Assembly (NCBI RefSeq): GCF_001194135.2
Contig: NC_068994.1
Location: 22,048,500-22,112,499 of the forward strand
DNA: 64,000 nucleotides
Direction: 5' to 3'
Origin: Octopus bimaculoides
Taxonomy: Eukaryota
Below the pieces are notes generated by a model. That model was not told where the DNA came from. It worked only from the letters and a program-made list of their open reading frames with translations, and made no database searches. Made by a program: the position numbers and the translations under genes. This document shows positions 11,861 through 25,439 of the stretch, one piece after another; position 1 is the first letter of the stretch, and each line of letters begins with the position of its first letter.

Positions 11861-12686
11861 TTATAATAATAACAACAACAACAGCAGCAGTAATTTCTTT
11901 TTCTTATTTGCTCTAATGAAAATGGATAGGTGGACATTACAAGGATTAGTTACAAAACTCTATCAAAAGTTTTAAGTATTGAATGAATAAGAGATCCCCT
12001 AAAGCCTGGTTTATTAACCACCCTATTAATCTTATATCTTATAAGATGAAAGCTGTTGGGAATCACACAGGTCGGTGCACTCCCAACCACATTATGATGG
12101 ACAAGTTTTCACCTTTCTATGTACAACTTGGCCAAATTTTACATTTTTCTTTCAACAGAGTTACAATGCAGAAATTATCAAAACTTTGCTTATGTCTACC
12201 TTTGTCACCACTTCCAAGCTAACACAACAGGGAATGTTCAGTCTGCCAAGACAGGGTTGAACAAGTCTGGTATACATCCATAGAGTTTGTAGAGTAGACC
12301 ACCCAAACTATGTAGTTAGCTCCTTCTACAAACTACTCACTATTAGCAATGACTCAGAAGCAGTTATTGTCATCTTTCAACATTCCACCCTTTCTGTAAC
12401 AGGATACTGTAGTAGGTACTGAAGTCCACGGTCTCTGTATACCTGCCTGAAATTCAATCACATGTATCACTTATGGCCCATCAAAAACCTAATTGTAATT
12501 TTGTTGCCATGATGGATTTGGGTGACTCTGTATTTATTAAATGGGATTACACAATTCAAATCAAATCATATTGTGATGACGGAACAGATGATAAAAACTT
12601 AGGGGTGACTGATAGACTAAATATGTACTGCTTGCTGAGAGAAAGAGAGGCTAAAGGAGAGAGAGCGAGCTTAAATACATAGACTA

Positions 12687-13566
12687 TGAAGGGGTAAAAA
12701 AAAAAGAAGAAACTGGAATTTTTTTGTAATATTATTCTATTCAAATAGTTTTACATTTTTTATACTTTTATCACCTTCAAAGTATTCTCCATTTGAAGCA
12801 ATGCATTGGTCCAGACGTTTTCTATTGTTTGAATCGGTGCTGGAACTCTTGTGAAGTGATTCCTTTTCATGCCTCCATCATTTTTTTATTCACCTCTTCC
12901 ACATCTGCAAATTCCATAGCACCAGCTTTCGTCACCAGTGATGACCTTCGAAAAAAGATTCAGATCGTTTCCAGTTGTTCTTTCAGTTCATGACACACAT
13001 TCAGTTGTGACTGCTTTTGATCTTCTATGAGCAAGTGAGGCACAAATTTTGCTGCAACTCTTTTCATTCACAATTCCTTGTTCAAAATTCGTTGGCAGGA
13101 GCTTCAGAACAAACTCACTGTTTGATGATGGTCCTCCAAGATCAGTTTGTGAATTTTCAATATGATTTCATTCATTTGGGAGGTCGATGGATGCCTAAAC
13201 GAGGTTGGTCTTCAAGCAACAAGTGACCATTCCTAAAGTGTGAAAACCACTTGTAAACTTATGTTTTGCTCATGGCAGCATCCTTGTAAGCTGTTAGAAG
13301 CACGACAACTGTTTCGGCTGCTGTTTTCCCAGCAGAAAACAGAATTTCACAAAAGCAGACTGCTTCCCCATTTCAGTCATTTCAAAAAAAGGGGAGAAGC
13401 ACGGTAAAGCAAAGACACACCACATGGCAGTACAACTTCACCCGATGCTGCTGGTCTGCATACTGATAGCTGAGGGTTGCATCAAGTGGCTTTTAGCAGC
13501 AGAAACCTGAATTACAACGGGCTTGTCCCACAGTTAACGTTTCCAGTTACTTTTGGGTACCCCCTC
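12687..13566 (-). mobile_element. Internally deleted mariner transposon
   Basis: KFCFLLGKTAAET...VYKWFSHFRNG...EDQPR and RVAAKFVPHLL; degenerate TIRs (GA.GGGGTA..AAAA...AACTGGAA). Confidence 0.88.
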
Positions 13567-14192
13567 CAATATGATTACACAGTAATAAATCCAAACTTTG
13601 CTACAGCCATTGCATCCATGTATTGCTTGTTTTTCAGTCAGCCAGAGACAAGTGTCACCCATGCCACTTCATAATCAAGTAGTTAACAGTAGGGAAGATC
13701 AGACCTATATCCAGCAACTGCATTAGAACACTGTGGAGAAACTTGCTCTAATAAACAATTTGTAAATAAGTAAATAAGTGCATGATGCTAAGGAGGACAA
13801 AGAAAAATTAATCAAATATAACTTATATGTGCATTGTTGGTTTTTATATAAATAGCAGATTACAAGTGAACAGTGGGGGCAGTTGTGTATGCAGGAAACA
13901 CAGATGCACTGGTATTATATGATGTAAATGAGTGCTGACAGTAGGAAGCACCAGCAGCACTGAAAGATTAAATAAGATATGGGAAGAAGATCTTAGGATG
14001 TAAGGCTTTATGGAAAAGATGACAAAGAATTAAGATGAGTGATAATATGACATTTAGCAAACTTTTATTCATGTCAGCACATTAAAAATGGATATTAAAA
14101 CAATGACAACATCAATTTTAATAATGACGATGATCATTTATAATAAAAAATATAAATATAAATCATTTTATGTTTTCCTTGCTAGCACTCAC

Positions 14193-14310
14193 CTGACCCA
14201 CCACCATCCATCGAGATTCTTCTGGATGAGCTCCACTATTACCCCAACTCTCAAGGAATGGTCATCAGGACCCTCAGGTTCAAATGCTTCTATACAGACA
14301 TATTTCTCTC
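14193..14310 (-). CDS. SH3PXD2A: Coding exon: N-terminal part of SH3-2
   Basis: attgtag|GA GAG AAA TAT...TGG GTC AG|gtgagt; EKYVCIEAFEPEGPDDHSLRVGVIVELIQKNLDGWWWV; 118 nt, phase 1 to 2. Confidence 0.95.
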
Positions 14311-16744
14311 CTACAATAGAGGTACATCAACTTGAGTATCAGCTTAATGGTAACAACTGATACTCAGTTGTTTAATGATTGCTCAACAACAAACAAGTTA
14401 TCACATTTCTAAATTCACAGATTCATCCTTGACATTACTAACCTATGCATTCTACTCACTACCTCACACTATGGATTTAGATCACTACACACAACTACCA
14501 CACTATACATAAACCTTACACAAATAATACCTTGTAGCTTTGACAATAATGAACAAACCACATACAACATCTACACTAATTTTAGCAAATTCTTTAACTC
14601 CAGTTGTTGCTACTCACCTATACATAAAATACAAAAGATTTTTTAAGAAACAATACAAAACACAGGTTAACAGACTACTTTTTAAGTCTATCAACAATAA
14701 AAAGAAAATAGGTCAGGGGAATGCTCTGCACACTAAATAAAAATATGGTAGACATGGTATAGTGACTTGAAAAACTTTGATCAACTGAAATCATTCAAAA
14801 AATTAGTAGACATCTTAAACAAAGAAGGGCACATTGGATAATGAAGTCATAGATATATAATAACTAAAGATGAGAGGGTCATAGCTGAGATGCCATTGAT
14901 CATAGATCAACTTGATCACGGTTGACCTGCTGCTAAACAACATACACACAGCCTCATAAACATATGGGATCACAATTACCTCATCCTGCCATTCTTCAGA
15001 TACAACTGCACAATCCCTCAAAACTACATCTACTACCTAGACACTAGCTCCAAATAAAGTTTGAAAATATCTTCCAAACCCAGAGTCTCCCTTCTCACCA
15101 GCAACATCAAAGAACATCAAAGACATGCGATCATCACACTGAGCAGCATAAATAGGCTCAAACAAATGCACAAACATTTAGAACTCATAAATACCGTATC
15201 TGGCTAACAAAAAGAAACAATAACATTACTCTGCAAACAATATATTAGATCCACCAGGGGTTATGCCATCTCTCCCTAGGTTTACAATCTTTCCACAACA
15301 AACAACAAAGAAAACAAAACAGTTCATCTTACATAATCACAGGTTGCACACAGAAGAGAAAAACAGGACACAAACAGCAAAACAAAAATATTAAAAATGA
15401 AAGATTACCTTGATATATGATGGGGCACAGTTTGGTGCCACAGCAATTCTATTCTTCAAGATCTCTTACATAATAATCATCTCTAAATACCCAGACACAT
15501 TTAAAACATCCTCAAACACCATCTTTCACTCATAAATAAAAAATACACATTACACAGAAATAGCTGCAACATCAATGGCTTCATTAGCAGCAGCAATGCA
15601 CAGTTCTAATGATATGTGCAGAGGAAAAATAACTGTTGCGCACTGAGTCCACTTTGTTCACCTCCATATTGACCTTCAATAGAATCTCAAGCCATACAGA
15701 AATAGCTTGGACAGAAGGGAGACTATAACATGTCAAGAATGTCACACTGCATTCCATGTGAGTAACCATAACATGTCAGAATGTGCAGTATAATCCTCAG
15801 TAAGGTGCAGCTGTAGAATATGCGGAACAAATAGATCACCAAATTACACCTACTTGTTCTATCGACTACCTACTGGTCATAGGTTTGCTCAAGCAAGGTT
15901 GACTAGGCTATGCAACAACACACACCATCCCACACATTTTACAGATGCATAAATGCACAACAAAATTTATTCATACACATCACAATGCACAAACAGTTAT
16001 TACACACATATTACATTGCTTATGCACAAATCCTAACTCATTAAAACTTTGTACTAAAACACACACACACACACACATATACAATCCTATACTCAAGTAC
16101 ATGAAACTATACACAAACAACACATTGGTGCAGAAGTTAAAATCCTTTTTCCTATTCTGAAATATCTGCATTGATTTACTTTATGACCACTGAAGTGTCC
16201 TCAAATTCTTCTGCACTTCCAAATCCAGATTTTATTCAACCATCACCATATCTTTACTCATCAGGTTATCTGATTACTGCTTAATCAAGACAACACACTT
16301 CCTATCTTCATACTACACAACATCTACTAACCCATACTCCTCTCTGATAATTCAAGTCAGTAACTTATCTTTCTCTCAGACTCCTCTAAGATAAATAAGT
16401 GGGTGACTGATCCCATAATCTCAATCTTGATTGCCTTAAGTGGAGTATATTTTCTTGCAAGTAATTGTTTCAGGGTCTGGTCTGAAAATAACTTCCACCT
16501 TACTCCTCTGACTAAAATTTTAAAAAAAAACCCCAAAAAAACCAATCCTTCAAAATATAGCCTTTCACTTTCCTCACTCAACAAAAAGTCTAAAAACTTC
16601 AAGTGGTTCATTTCCAAACATGTAGCAGTACACAGTTCACTACTACTAAGAGACATTTACTTTACTCATCCCTGCCACATCTGCAAGGTGTCTATCAGAA
16701 AACCAAGGAATGCCTCCAAGCATTTGCCCAGAACCTCCATCATC

Positions 16745-17115
16745 ATTATCATAACCATCAACATTTAACAACCATTTTCTATGTTGGCATGGGTTGGACA
16801 GCTTGACAGGAACTGATAAAGCCAGAGGCTGCACCAGGCTCCAGTGTTTGTTTTGGTTTGGTTTCTATGACTGGATGCCTTCCTAATGCCAAACCACTCC
16901 ACAGTGAACTGGGTGCTTTATATGTGGCGTCATCACCAGCATTCATACCAATGCTTTTTAAATGACACTTTGGTTTTAGGATCTCAATTCTGTTGTGGAG
17001 GTCAGGTTTTCTTGAGTACAGCTATGCACCACATATCTTGATCCTCTGTCATCTCCTTCATAAGGTTTGGAATTCTCTTTTGCAGACATAATCCTACATC
17101 ATCTTCATCAATCTT
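16745..17115 (-). mobile_element. SINE/LINE-tail family C (CATCATC...GGTTGGAC); related copies ~23060-23330 and ~43300-43540
   Basis: Shared CATG..GGCAT.GGTTGGA..G...TGAC and GGATGCC..TT.TAATG segments, reverse of the RTE tail at 27020-27178. Confidence 0.7.
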
Positions 17116-17191
17116 ATCAATCAGGGGAGTTCTGCAAAGTTCTTGGGATTTCTGCTCTCAAACTTTGACTAACCAATAATTTTTCTTTTAA

Positions 17192-17256
<65 letters not shown>

Positions 17257-17337
17257 TGCACATGCCTAAACCTATTTCTGCACAAACTAGTAGTATACAC
17301 ACGCATAAACATATTCCATATCTCTACACAGCCTTAC

Positions 17338-17442
17338 CACAGTTCTCTGCCACAGTCCTGGAATCTTTCAGACTGTCACATCGCTTCAGATAGTTTCCAG
17401 GAACATAGCCTTGTCCAGAGTTTTTGTTCACCAGCCACCAAC
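17338..17442 (-). CDS. SH3PXD2A: Coding exon: C-terminal part of SH3-1
   Basis: ttgcag|GT TGG TGG...TGT G|gtaagg; GWWLVNKNSGQGYVPGNYLKRCDSLKDSRTVAENC; 105 nt, phase 1 to 1. Confidence 0.95.
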
Positions 17443-17505
17443 CTGCAAGTTAACATCATCATGTGAATCATATGCTACAATAAACATAAGTAACAACAAC
17501 AACAG

Positions 17506-17537
<32 letters not shown>

Positions 17538-18635
17538 TCAATGATCATATTACAATTGTTATTTGTGACTTTTGCCATGCAATTTTAGTATATAATAGCT
17601 AATTTCAGTGAATAGCTTCACACATTATCTTTTTTGAAATTATGCCTACTACATGATTAGCAGTAAGTAATACCAGACACAAACAGTTTTTTTGCTCTTA
17701 AGATATTGGGTACAAAGATATTGGGTGAAAGTACAAAGTGAAAATATTTCAGTTTTAGAGACTGAGTACTTATGATGTCATTAGTGGTGAGAAATACTAA
17801 CAAAGAAGATATTTGTATACCAAAGTGGAATAAATGAATGTTATACCATATTTTCAAGTTTTCAGGACCAACAAAAGGACCCACTTATAAAGTAGAGAGA
17901 GATAAGACAGAAATAGTATACTTTTTCTTCTATATTTGTACTAAATTGCATCTAAAGAGACAAAACTACATGCCAGAAACTAGAATGATATAAGTGAAGA
18001 GTAAATGAAAGCCTTGCTGTCCCATGTATTGAACTTGGACAAAATTCTTGGAACACTCAAGGATATTTAGTGTAATTAGTTTGGTCAAGAGGAAAGGGCT
18101 GAACCCATGTAATTTGCATGATCAAAAACAGTGAAATCAGTGCAGTTAACATTCCTCTTAAAAAGTTGGGAGTTAACAACTGCAAGAAAAAAATGTACAA
18201 GGAGAGAATTCCAGAGAGTGGATATTTTGAGGAGGAAGGACTAAGTATAGAAGTTAGCACACAACATAGAAGTATAGAACAAGTATAGAAGTTAGCACAC
18301 ACTACAATATGGATGATGAGAAGAAGAAAAACCAAGTCAGGAGATGCTGAGTGGAGGTGGTACAAGACCAGACAACACTGAGGAGTAGAAACTACTGGAG
18401 AGTAGCGGTAGAGAAAGGGAAGACAATACACATGCGAGTCAGAGGTTGGAGTGTATCGGGTCAAGTCAATCCTTTGACAGGCCTTTATGTGGATGAGGTC
18501 TGTGTGTGTAGTAGTAGCAATGTCCTAGACATGGGACCAGTACTCCTTTGTGGATCTCACCAAAGCTTTGTTAAGGGTTAGTGACTGTTGGGGAAATAAT
18601 CCTCCAAAGAACAATCCCAGACATGCTGAACTCAC

Positions 18636-18745
18636 CACATTTGGTCTTTTGAGGATAGATTGCAAAATAATTTTCATTTCTATTGATGAAGTTACAATTG
18701 GTTAAAAAGGCTGTTTGGAATTTAAACACTATGTTCCATTTAAAC
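18636..18745 (-). CDS. Candidate alternative exon with the same phases (2 to 1) as exon 20178-20320
   Basis: tatctcctttcacag|G...TGT G|gtgagt; 110 nt, open frame FKWNIVF...ENYFAIYPQKTKC. Confidence 0.3.
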
Positions 18746-18801
18746 CTGTGAAAGGAGATATCGAAGTTCGAGTTTACATCAGATCACACAACAGCTATGT
18801 A

Positions 18802-19342
18802 CAAGGGTGAGTCAAAAAGTAATGCCATTTTGTTTAGGACAGGTATAATTACCAACACAGGAACATGTATAATACATCAAAATGAAGCTGGTCTTCTGTG
18901 GATCACATCCCTACTTCTCAACCGTTTCTCTCAATAGCAATGTTCCACCTTCAAATGAGAGCATGTATCCCTGCCCCGTAAAATTCTGTTGACTGTTCTT
19001 TGAGCCACTTCTTCACTACAGTTTTCACTTCCTCATCACTGGAATAATGTTTGCCTCTCAAACCCTCTTTCATGGGGCTGAAGAGATGATAGTCCAGTGA
19101 CGAGGAAGTGAAAACTGTAGTGAAGAAGTGACTCAAAGAACAGTCAACAGAATTTTACGGGGCAGGGATACATGCTCTCATTCGAAGGTGGAACATTGCT
19201 ATTGAGAGAAACGGCAACTATGTTGAGATGTAGGGATGTGATCCACAGAGGACCAGCTTCATTTTGATGTATGATACATGTTTCTGTGTTGGTAATTATA
19301 CCTGTCCTAATCAAAATAGCATTACTTTTTGACTCACCCTCA
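18802..19342. mobile_element. Foldback (palindromic) mariner-derived element with TA target duplication
   Basis: Arms ~18802-19043 and ~19093-19342 are near-perfect reverse complements; encodes mariner C-terminus DYHLF.PMKEGLRGKHYSSDEEVK...KWL; TA at 18800-18801 and 19343-19344. Confidence 0.92.
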
Positions 19343-20177
19343 TAAATGACTCTCAAATTTATACTGGTAAAAAAAGTAAAACAGCAGTACTTCTGAAGTT
19401 ACCCACCAACTGATTAGTAATAGGTTTAATGGAAATAATATTCTGCTAAGTTTATTGTGATAGTCTTCATTATTTTCTTTGGATTTACTTCTGAAAGTCT
19501 GGGAGAAAACAATAATAGAATGTGGAAGTGTGTGAGCAAGAAGCAGTGAAAACTAAGTCATTGCATTTTGAAATGAAACTAGTTCATCAGCTTCTCATGA
19601 AATTTCAGATCTGAACAAAACAAGAATAACAGTAGAAAACACATTACTTGCCAGGTAACATGGAAAACAAAGAAAACTTTCAAAATCGCTTAAAACTGGG
19701 TAGATTATGAGAGCTGGTAACTGGTTGCAGCTCATTGCCAAAAACCACTTTATTTTAAACTATTCTAATTATTATTTTTCACAACATATATGGGAATCAA
19801 ATTTTAGTCATTAGGATTTTGATTGTTTGTTGTTTTATAATGCCTTTTTTTTCCGCTTTGTTTCATTCTTATTTGCTGTTTACATTACACTTTACTAAAA
19901 ATTTTGTGTTGTATAAAAAAAAAAAATTATATATCATATTCTCAGGCTAACAAACAGCATCTTAAAAGGTAGTTTATTTCTTAATGGCACTTATCTTAAA
20001 AATTTTCTTCAGGTACATATGTGCAAGGGAGGTTACAGTTAAGATAATAATATGATTGTTACTCCTCACAGAAGTGGTGGTGGTGGTAGTAGTAGTAGTT
20101 GAAATACATATTTAGCTGGAGAGAGAGAGAGGGAGATGTAAGGAGAAGGAAGGTGGGAATGATATAGGGTACTTTAC

Positions 20178-20320
20178 CATCTTCACATTTCTCAATGACT
20201 TCAAGGGTGTCTCCAGCAGTAACATCAATCTCATCTTTGTTCTGCTTGGTGAAGTCATAAACTGCAACATACTGCTCTAGTAATCGTGGAGTGGATATGG
20301 TGTTGAGATCTTGCTTTTTG
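20178..20320 (-). CDS. SH3PXD2A: Coding exon: linker plus N-terminal part of SH3-1
   Basis: catttccag|C AAA AAG...GAT G|gtaaag; KKQDLNTISTPRLLEQYVAVYDFTKQNKDEIDVTAGDTLEVIEKCED resembles the Tks5 LEQYVVV...VIEK SH3-1 start; 143 nt, phase 2 to 1. Confidence 0.95.
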
Positions 20321-21497
20321 CTGGAAATGGAAGAGAGGTTCAGAACATCATACTCAAACAACAATGGAAAAAAAGCTTTGAAAATGCATATACAATGCAT
20401 GGCGATTTGAAAATGCATGTACAATGCATAGTGATAGGACAATGTGATTATAAGGAAAATGAAAACTTGGTGGCTGCTACAATGATTTATTGAACTTAAT
20501 TGATTATTGATCAGTTATAAATTAGTTTCATAGTTTACCAATGTAATCTACACAACAAAATATCATAGCACCTTGTGAGACTTTCTTCATTGTACAGTCA
20601 ACCAGACCACTTCCATTTCTAAGTAAGTATGGAAACCCAGAAAAGTAAACTTAAGCAGTAACAAACAAAACTTTATATAAATATTCCCACATATACTAAT
20701 AAGAGAGTTTGGTACACAACTGGATCTTCTTGAGTTCCTGTAGAGGTACTGTCCGATCTTCCACACCATAGCATGTCACCATTGTCTTCTGAATCTGGTA
20801 TGACAGGTTTTATTAATTTTGAACTACAATAGGAAATGTGGGGATTACCTGGGCACCAGAACAGAGCGCCAAGTCATGAACAGCCACAGTGCCTGTCTAT
20901 ATAGGTACCTAATATTTGCATAATTTGAATGACAATCAAAGCGTTCAACTTAATCTACAAATAATTTATTCTTACTTCTACTCACAAAATTTTAAGTCGT
21001 ATTCATCCCTTTAAGGATATGAGTCTGGAAGTAGATGAACAGGTATATGCTTGAGTAAATAAGTTAGAGACAACATTCTCATTATAAGGGGTATACTTCC
21101 TTGTGTAGATAAATGCTGCAAGTTCTAGTCTCTATTCCTGAATCTTTGCAATCTTTACTTTTATATGCTATCTATTGTTAAATATAAAAGCTACAAAATT
21201 TAGATCAACAATCATCCTAAAGTGGTACCATGCTAGGTAATAGCTCCAATAAGGTACTACCTAAATAAGGGCTGTCACTACTTGATCTAAAATATGGTAA
21301 TATAATTCACTTCTTGATATGATTGCCATAGGTCAATAAACCGTGGTTTAGAGACAATACAAACAACAATACCTGTTGTAAAACACACAGACAGACTTCT
21401 CGATGCATGCATACATATATACATGCACATTCATTCAAGTGTTTATATGAATATGTCTCATCATTCTCTTTAATTTATCCTTTGTGCTCTCCTCATC

Positions 21498-21516
21498 TGT
21501 CTGTCTGTCTGTCTGT

Positions 21517-21597
<81 letters not shown>
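21498..21597. repeat. Compound tetranucleotide microsatellite (TCTG)n(CCTG)n(TCTA)n
   Basis: Read directly. Confidence 0.95.
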
Positions 21598-22817
21598 GCT
21601 TAATGTATACAGTATATAGTCATGAGCTACTACTAATAATCTCATTCATTGAAGGTATTATCTAGACAGGTTTTAAAACATGCCTAGTGTCTCCAAGTAA
21701 TCTTTGTGCTCTGGGCACAAGGCCCAAAAGTTACAAATTAGGACAACAGAACAAGAGAAATCATGAGAGAAAAACAAGACAATGGTGGGTTCAAAAAGTA
21801 GATTGTTAAACTCAGGGAAGACTGAAATTGGGTTAGAAGCCAAAACAATACTAAGGAATATTATTAATATCAAAATCAGAGAGATACTAAGCTACAACAA
21901 TGGGATAATAGCAAAACTGCAAAAGATTGGTTTAAGAATTTAAAGAATAAGTATCAGGCTAGATTTACACTGATATTATAGATTTTTATTTCTCTATACC
22001 GAGATTGCTGCTTGATAAAGTGATTGAGTTTGCAAAAACATGTTGACATAGGTGATATAAACCTAGACTTTATCATGCAAGAAAACATTTCAATTTAGTA
22101 AGGGCTCAGCATAAGTTAAAAAATTCCAATACAGATGAACTGTTCAATGTATTAATGGAATTGTATGACTGCTGACATCTGACATCTTGTAAGTCTCTTT
22201 ATATTAAATACATTGAGGTCAAAGTTCCTATCTCAACAATGTTGGTCTATGCCAAGATGATGGATTGGGAATTTCCCATGGCTGTAATGGTTACATTCTT
22301 GATAAATTTAGGCAAAATCTCATCACTATTTTTAGTCAATTAGGCCTCAAAATCACTGGCATTACTGATGTGTCAAAAATCAATTGTTAAGATGTTTCCC
22401 GAGATTTAAATTCTCATTCCTATAAACTCTTATACAAGTCCCACCACTCTATATCAAAGGATCATGTCTTGCAAGCTACTTGGCAACCTTACTATTGCCA
22501 GTAACATACAAAAGGACCCAGTATACTCTGTAAATTGGTTAGCATTATGAAGGGCATCAAGCTGTAGAAGCCATGCCAAAACAGACATTGGAGTATGATA
22601 CAGTACTCTGACCTGTTAGATCCTGTTAAACTCAATATTAAATGATAATGATGATGATATATAAATATAAAAAATACACACACACACACAGAAACATAAA
22701 TTTATACATGACACAGACACATTCATACACATATATACCTACATACATACATATAAACATATATACACACAAATATATACAAGTATATATATACACACAC
22801 ATACAAGTATATATATA

Positions 22818-23010
22818 NNNNNNNNNNNNNNNNNNNNNNNNNNNNNNNNNNNNNNNNNNNNNNNNNNNNNNNNNNNNNNNNNNNNNNNNNNNNNNNNNNN
22901 NNNNNNNNNNNNNNNNNNNNNNNNNNNNNNNNNNNNNNNNNNNNNNNNNNNNNNNNNNNNNNNNNNNNNNNNNNNNNNNNNNNNNNNNNNNNNNNNNNNN
23001 NNNNNNNNNN
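22818..23010. other. Assembly gap
   Basis: 193 N flanked by (TA)n. Confidence 1.
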
Positions 23011-23044
<34 letters not shown>

Positions 23045-23399
23045 GCACAAATATACATCACTATCATTATCGTTTAACATTTCCCATGCTGGCATAGGTT
23101 GGATGTTTTGACATGGAGTTGACCAGCTGGGGAGCTGTCCAGGTGCCAATTGTCTGTGGCATGGTTTCTACAGCAGGATACCCTTTTTAATGCAAACTAC
23201 TTTACAGCGTGTGTTGGGTGCTTTTTGCATGCCACTGGCACAGGTGCATTTATGCAGCACTGGCACAAGTGCATTTTATGTGGTACTGGCACCTACAAAG
23301 GACAAACCAGTATGTATGGATGACAGTGATTTTACTGCCATGTACATAAGGAGGGACCCTTAGTTACCAACAAAGGTAGAAGCTCTCTGAACTTTGCCT

Positions 23400-23990
23400 A
23401 GCCCATTCATACTCTAGCAACTACACTTTCAGAACTTCCTCTTCCACTGCTAACTTGGTCTCCTAGTTAACAGAAGCTAACTACAACTTCTAATGGTCCT
23501 CCACCAAGGACTGTGCCTTTTCCAATCTCTTGGACACTATTCAAGAGTTGCATAGGTCCACCTGTTGTCTGTGAACTTTGCTACATGTCTGGCCAACTGT
23601 AATTTGTGCTTTTGGCATTCCGTGATCATGTCATTTGTTCTGCAATGTTTTTGAATTACCTCATTTCAGACATGCACTTGTAATAATATTCTCAGCATAG
23701 ACCCTTCCATGACCCTTTGCATCATAGCCAATCAATGTTCTTCTTCCCTCTTCATGGTAGCTCATGTCTCACTTGTGGATAAGGGCACAAGTAGGACAGT
23801 GACATTGAAGAGACTTGTACATGGTGTCTTGTCCAGTTTTTCTTGGAGCACATCTTTGATCAACATAAACATCGTCCACACTGTTCTTATTTGCTGCAAG
23901 ATTTCAGCATTCATATCTTAGTGCATATTCCCTGTGTACCCCAGCTAGACATATTCATTTACCTTCTTAAATTCATCACTAACCACCTCT
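23400..23990 (-). mobile_element. Decayed RTE LINE 3' fragment
   Basis: KVNEYV.LG-like and SET.ATMKREEE..Q.VME.SML motifs of the RTE C-terminus. Confidence 0.7.
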
Positions 23991-24986
23991 ATCTGGCCTT
24001 GTGCTACCTCTTGTTTATGAGGGGCTCTGCCCCACCCACACCTCATCCTCTCTACCCTGTCAACCTTTTCCCCTTACATTTCATCTAACACCCATCACTT
24101 CTCTATCACCTGAGAGCAGGATAGGCACATACTACATCCCACCCTGGCTTTCTCAGTTACCTTTCTTACTCCAAACCACCTTCATTTCCCATTATCTTAC
24201 CTCACCTACTGCCTCCACCAATCACCTCATTTTTGTGCCTTCTCCTCCACCCTGCACTGTTCTCCATTAACACCATGCTTGTTTACTATCATCCTCAATG
24301 TCCTCACGTATCAACAGTAACCCCCACCCCGAGCTCTCCTATATTTCTCTCCATCATTTGCTACAGTCACCTTTATCCTGCCCACTCATCCAGTCCAAAC
24401 TTCTGTATCACTTCACTCCCAATGTCTCTCAAGGGCATGTCCCGACACATTTTCGCCATCATCTCTCTCTCGCTATTGCTCTCCTTATCTTTCTCTCTGA
24501 CTCAACTCTCTTTTCTATTCCAACTAGGGCATTCATGTATCCACAGCATATGTGTGTGTATATATACATACATATATATATATAATTCCATCTAATGACA
24601 TAATGTAACAGTATGCACAGTAAGTGCTGAAGTTGATTGACCACTAAAACTCCAACTTGAACTGCAATTAAAACAAAAGTGGTTTTGTAGCTGCCTAGCA
24701 TAGAATGACTATAAGTGATTCATCATTGTGTGGGTAGATATATATTAGAAAGAAAGAATGAACAAGCAAAACACTTTAGTGCATGTAATTTATAATTCAA
24801 ACATAATTGCTGAGTTGTTGGAGTAAATAAGGGATTTAGAAATAATGGATTGAGAAATAAGGGGCTTCTTTATCCCTTATTTACTCTAACAGTTATTACT
24901 CTGCAATTATGGTTGAATTATAAATTACATGCTCTAAAGTGATACCACACGTTTTACTTCTCCATTCTTTCTTTCTAAGACACACA

Positions 24987-25022
<36 letters not shown>

Positions 25023-25439
25023 TGAAATAATTGCAGAAAAGAAGTTATAAATACTTTGAGTCTTTCCGTACAATTGTTTTAACAATCTTTAACAAACCAT
25101 TTCATCAGGTAGAGATACCAAAATTTAAAACCAATTGAAAATACTGCCCTTATACACCAAAGAAGCGAGCCCCAAGAAAATAAATACAGGCAATGACAAA
25201 AATAATAAAACAAACTTACATTTAAGGATTTACTAAAATAAAGATATAATTATAAAAAAAATGTACAGAAGGAAAAGAACAAAAATAGAAATGAAGTGAA
25301 AATAAAAATCTAAGTGTAAAAAGCAAAAGATAAAATTTAAAACAGAAGGCAACCATCTTGCCAGCCTCTTTTCTTCCTTACAACCAAATAGTGGCATATG
25401 GCTTAATTTGGTACCCTCCTTATCAATCAATCCCCTTCA

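Noticed and set aside
15408-15485. AAG|GTAATC donor between SH3-1 and SH3-2 exons
   Set aside because: Candidate lengths (40, 74 nt) are not frame-preserving.
16403-16768. 121-aa plus-strand ORF
   Set aside because: No recognisable domain; runs into a SINE tail.
22638-23149. Long ORFs across N runs (also 34843-36699)
   Set aside because: Artefacts of gaps and TA/CA microsatellites, apart from the Penelope GIY-YIG part.
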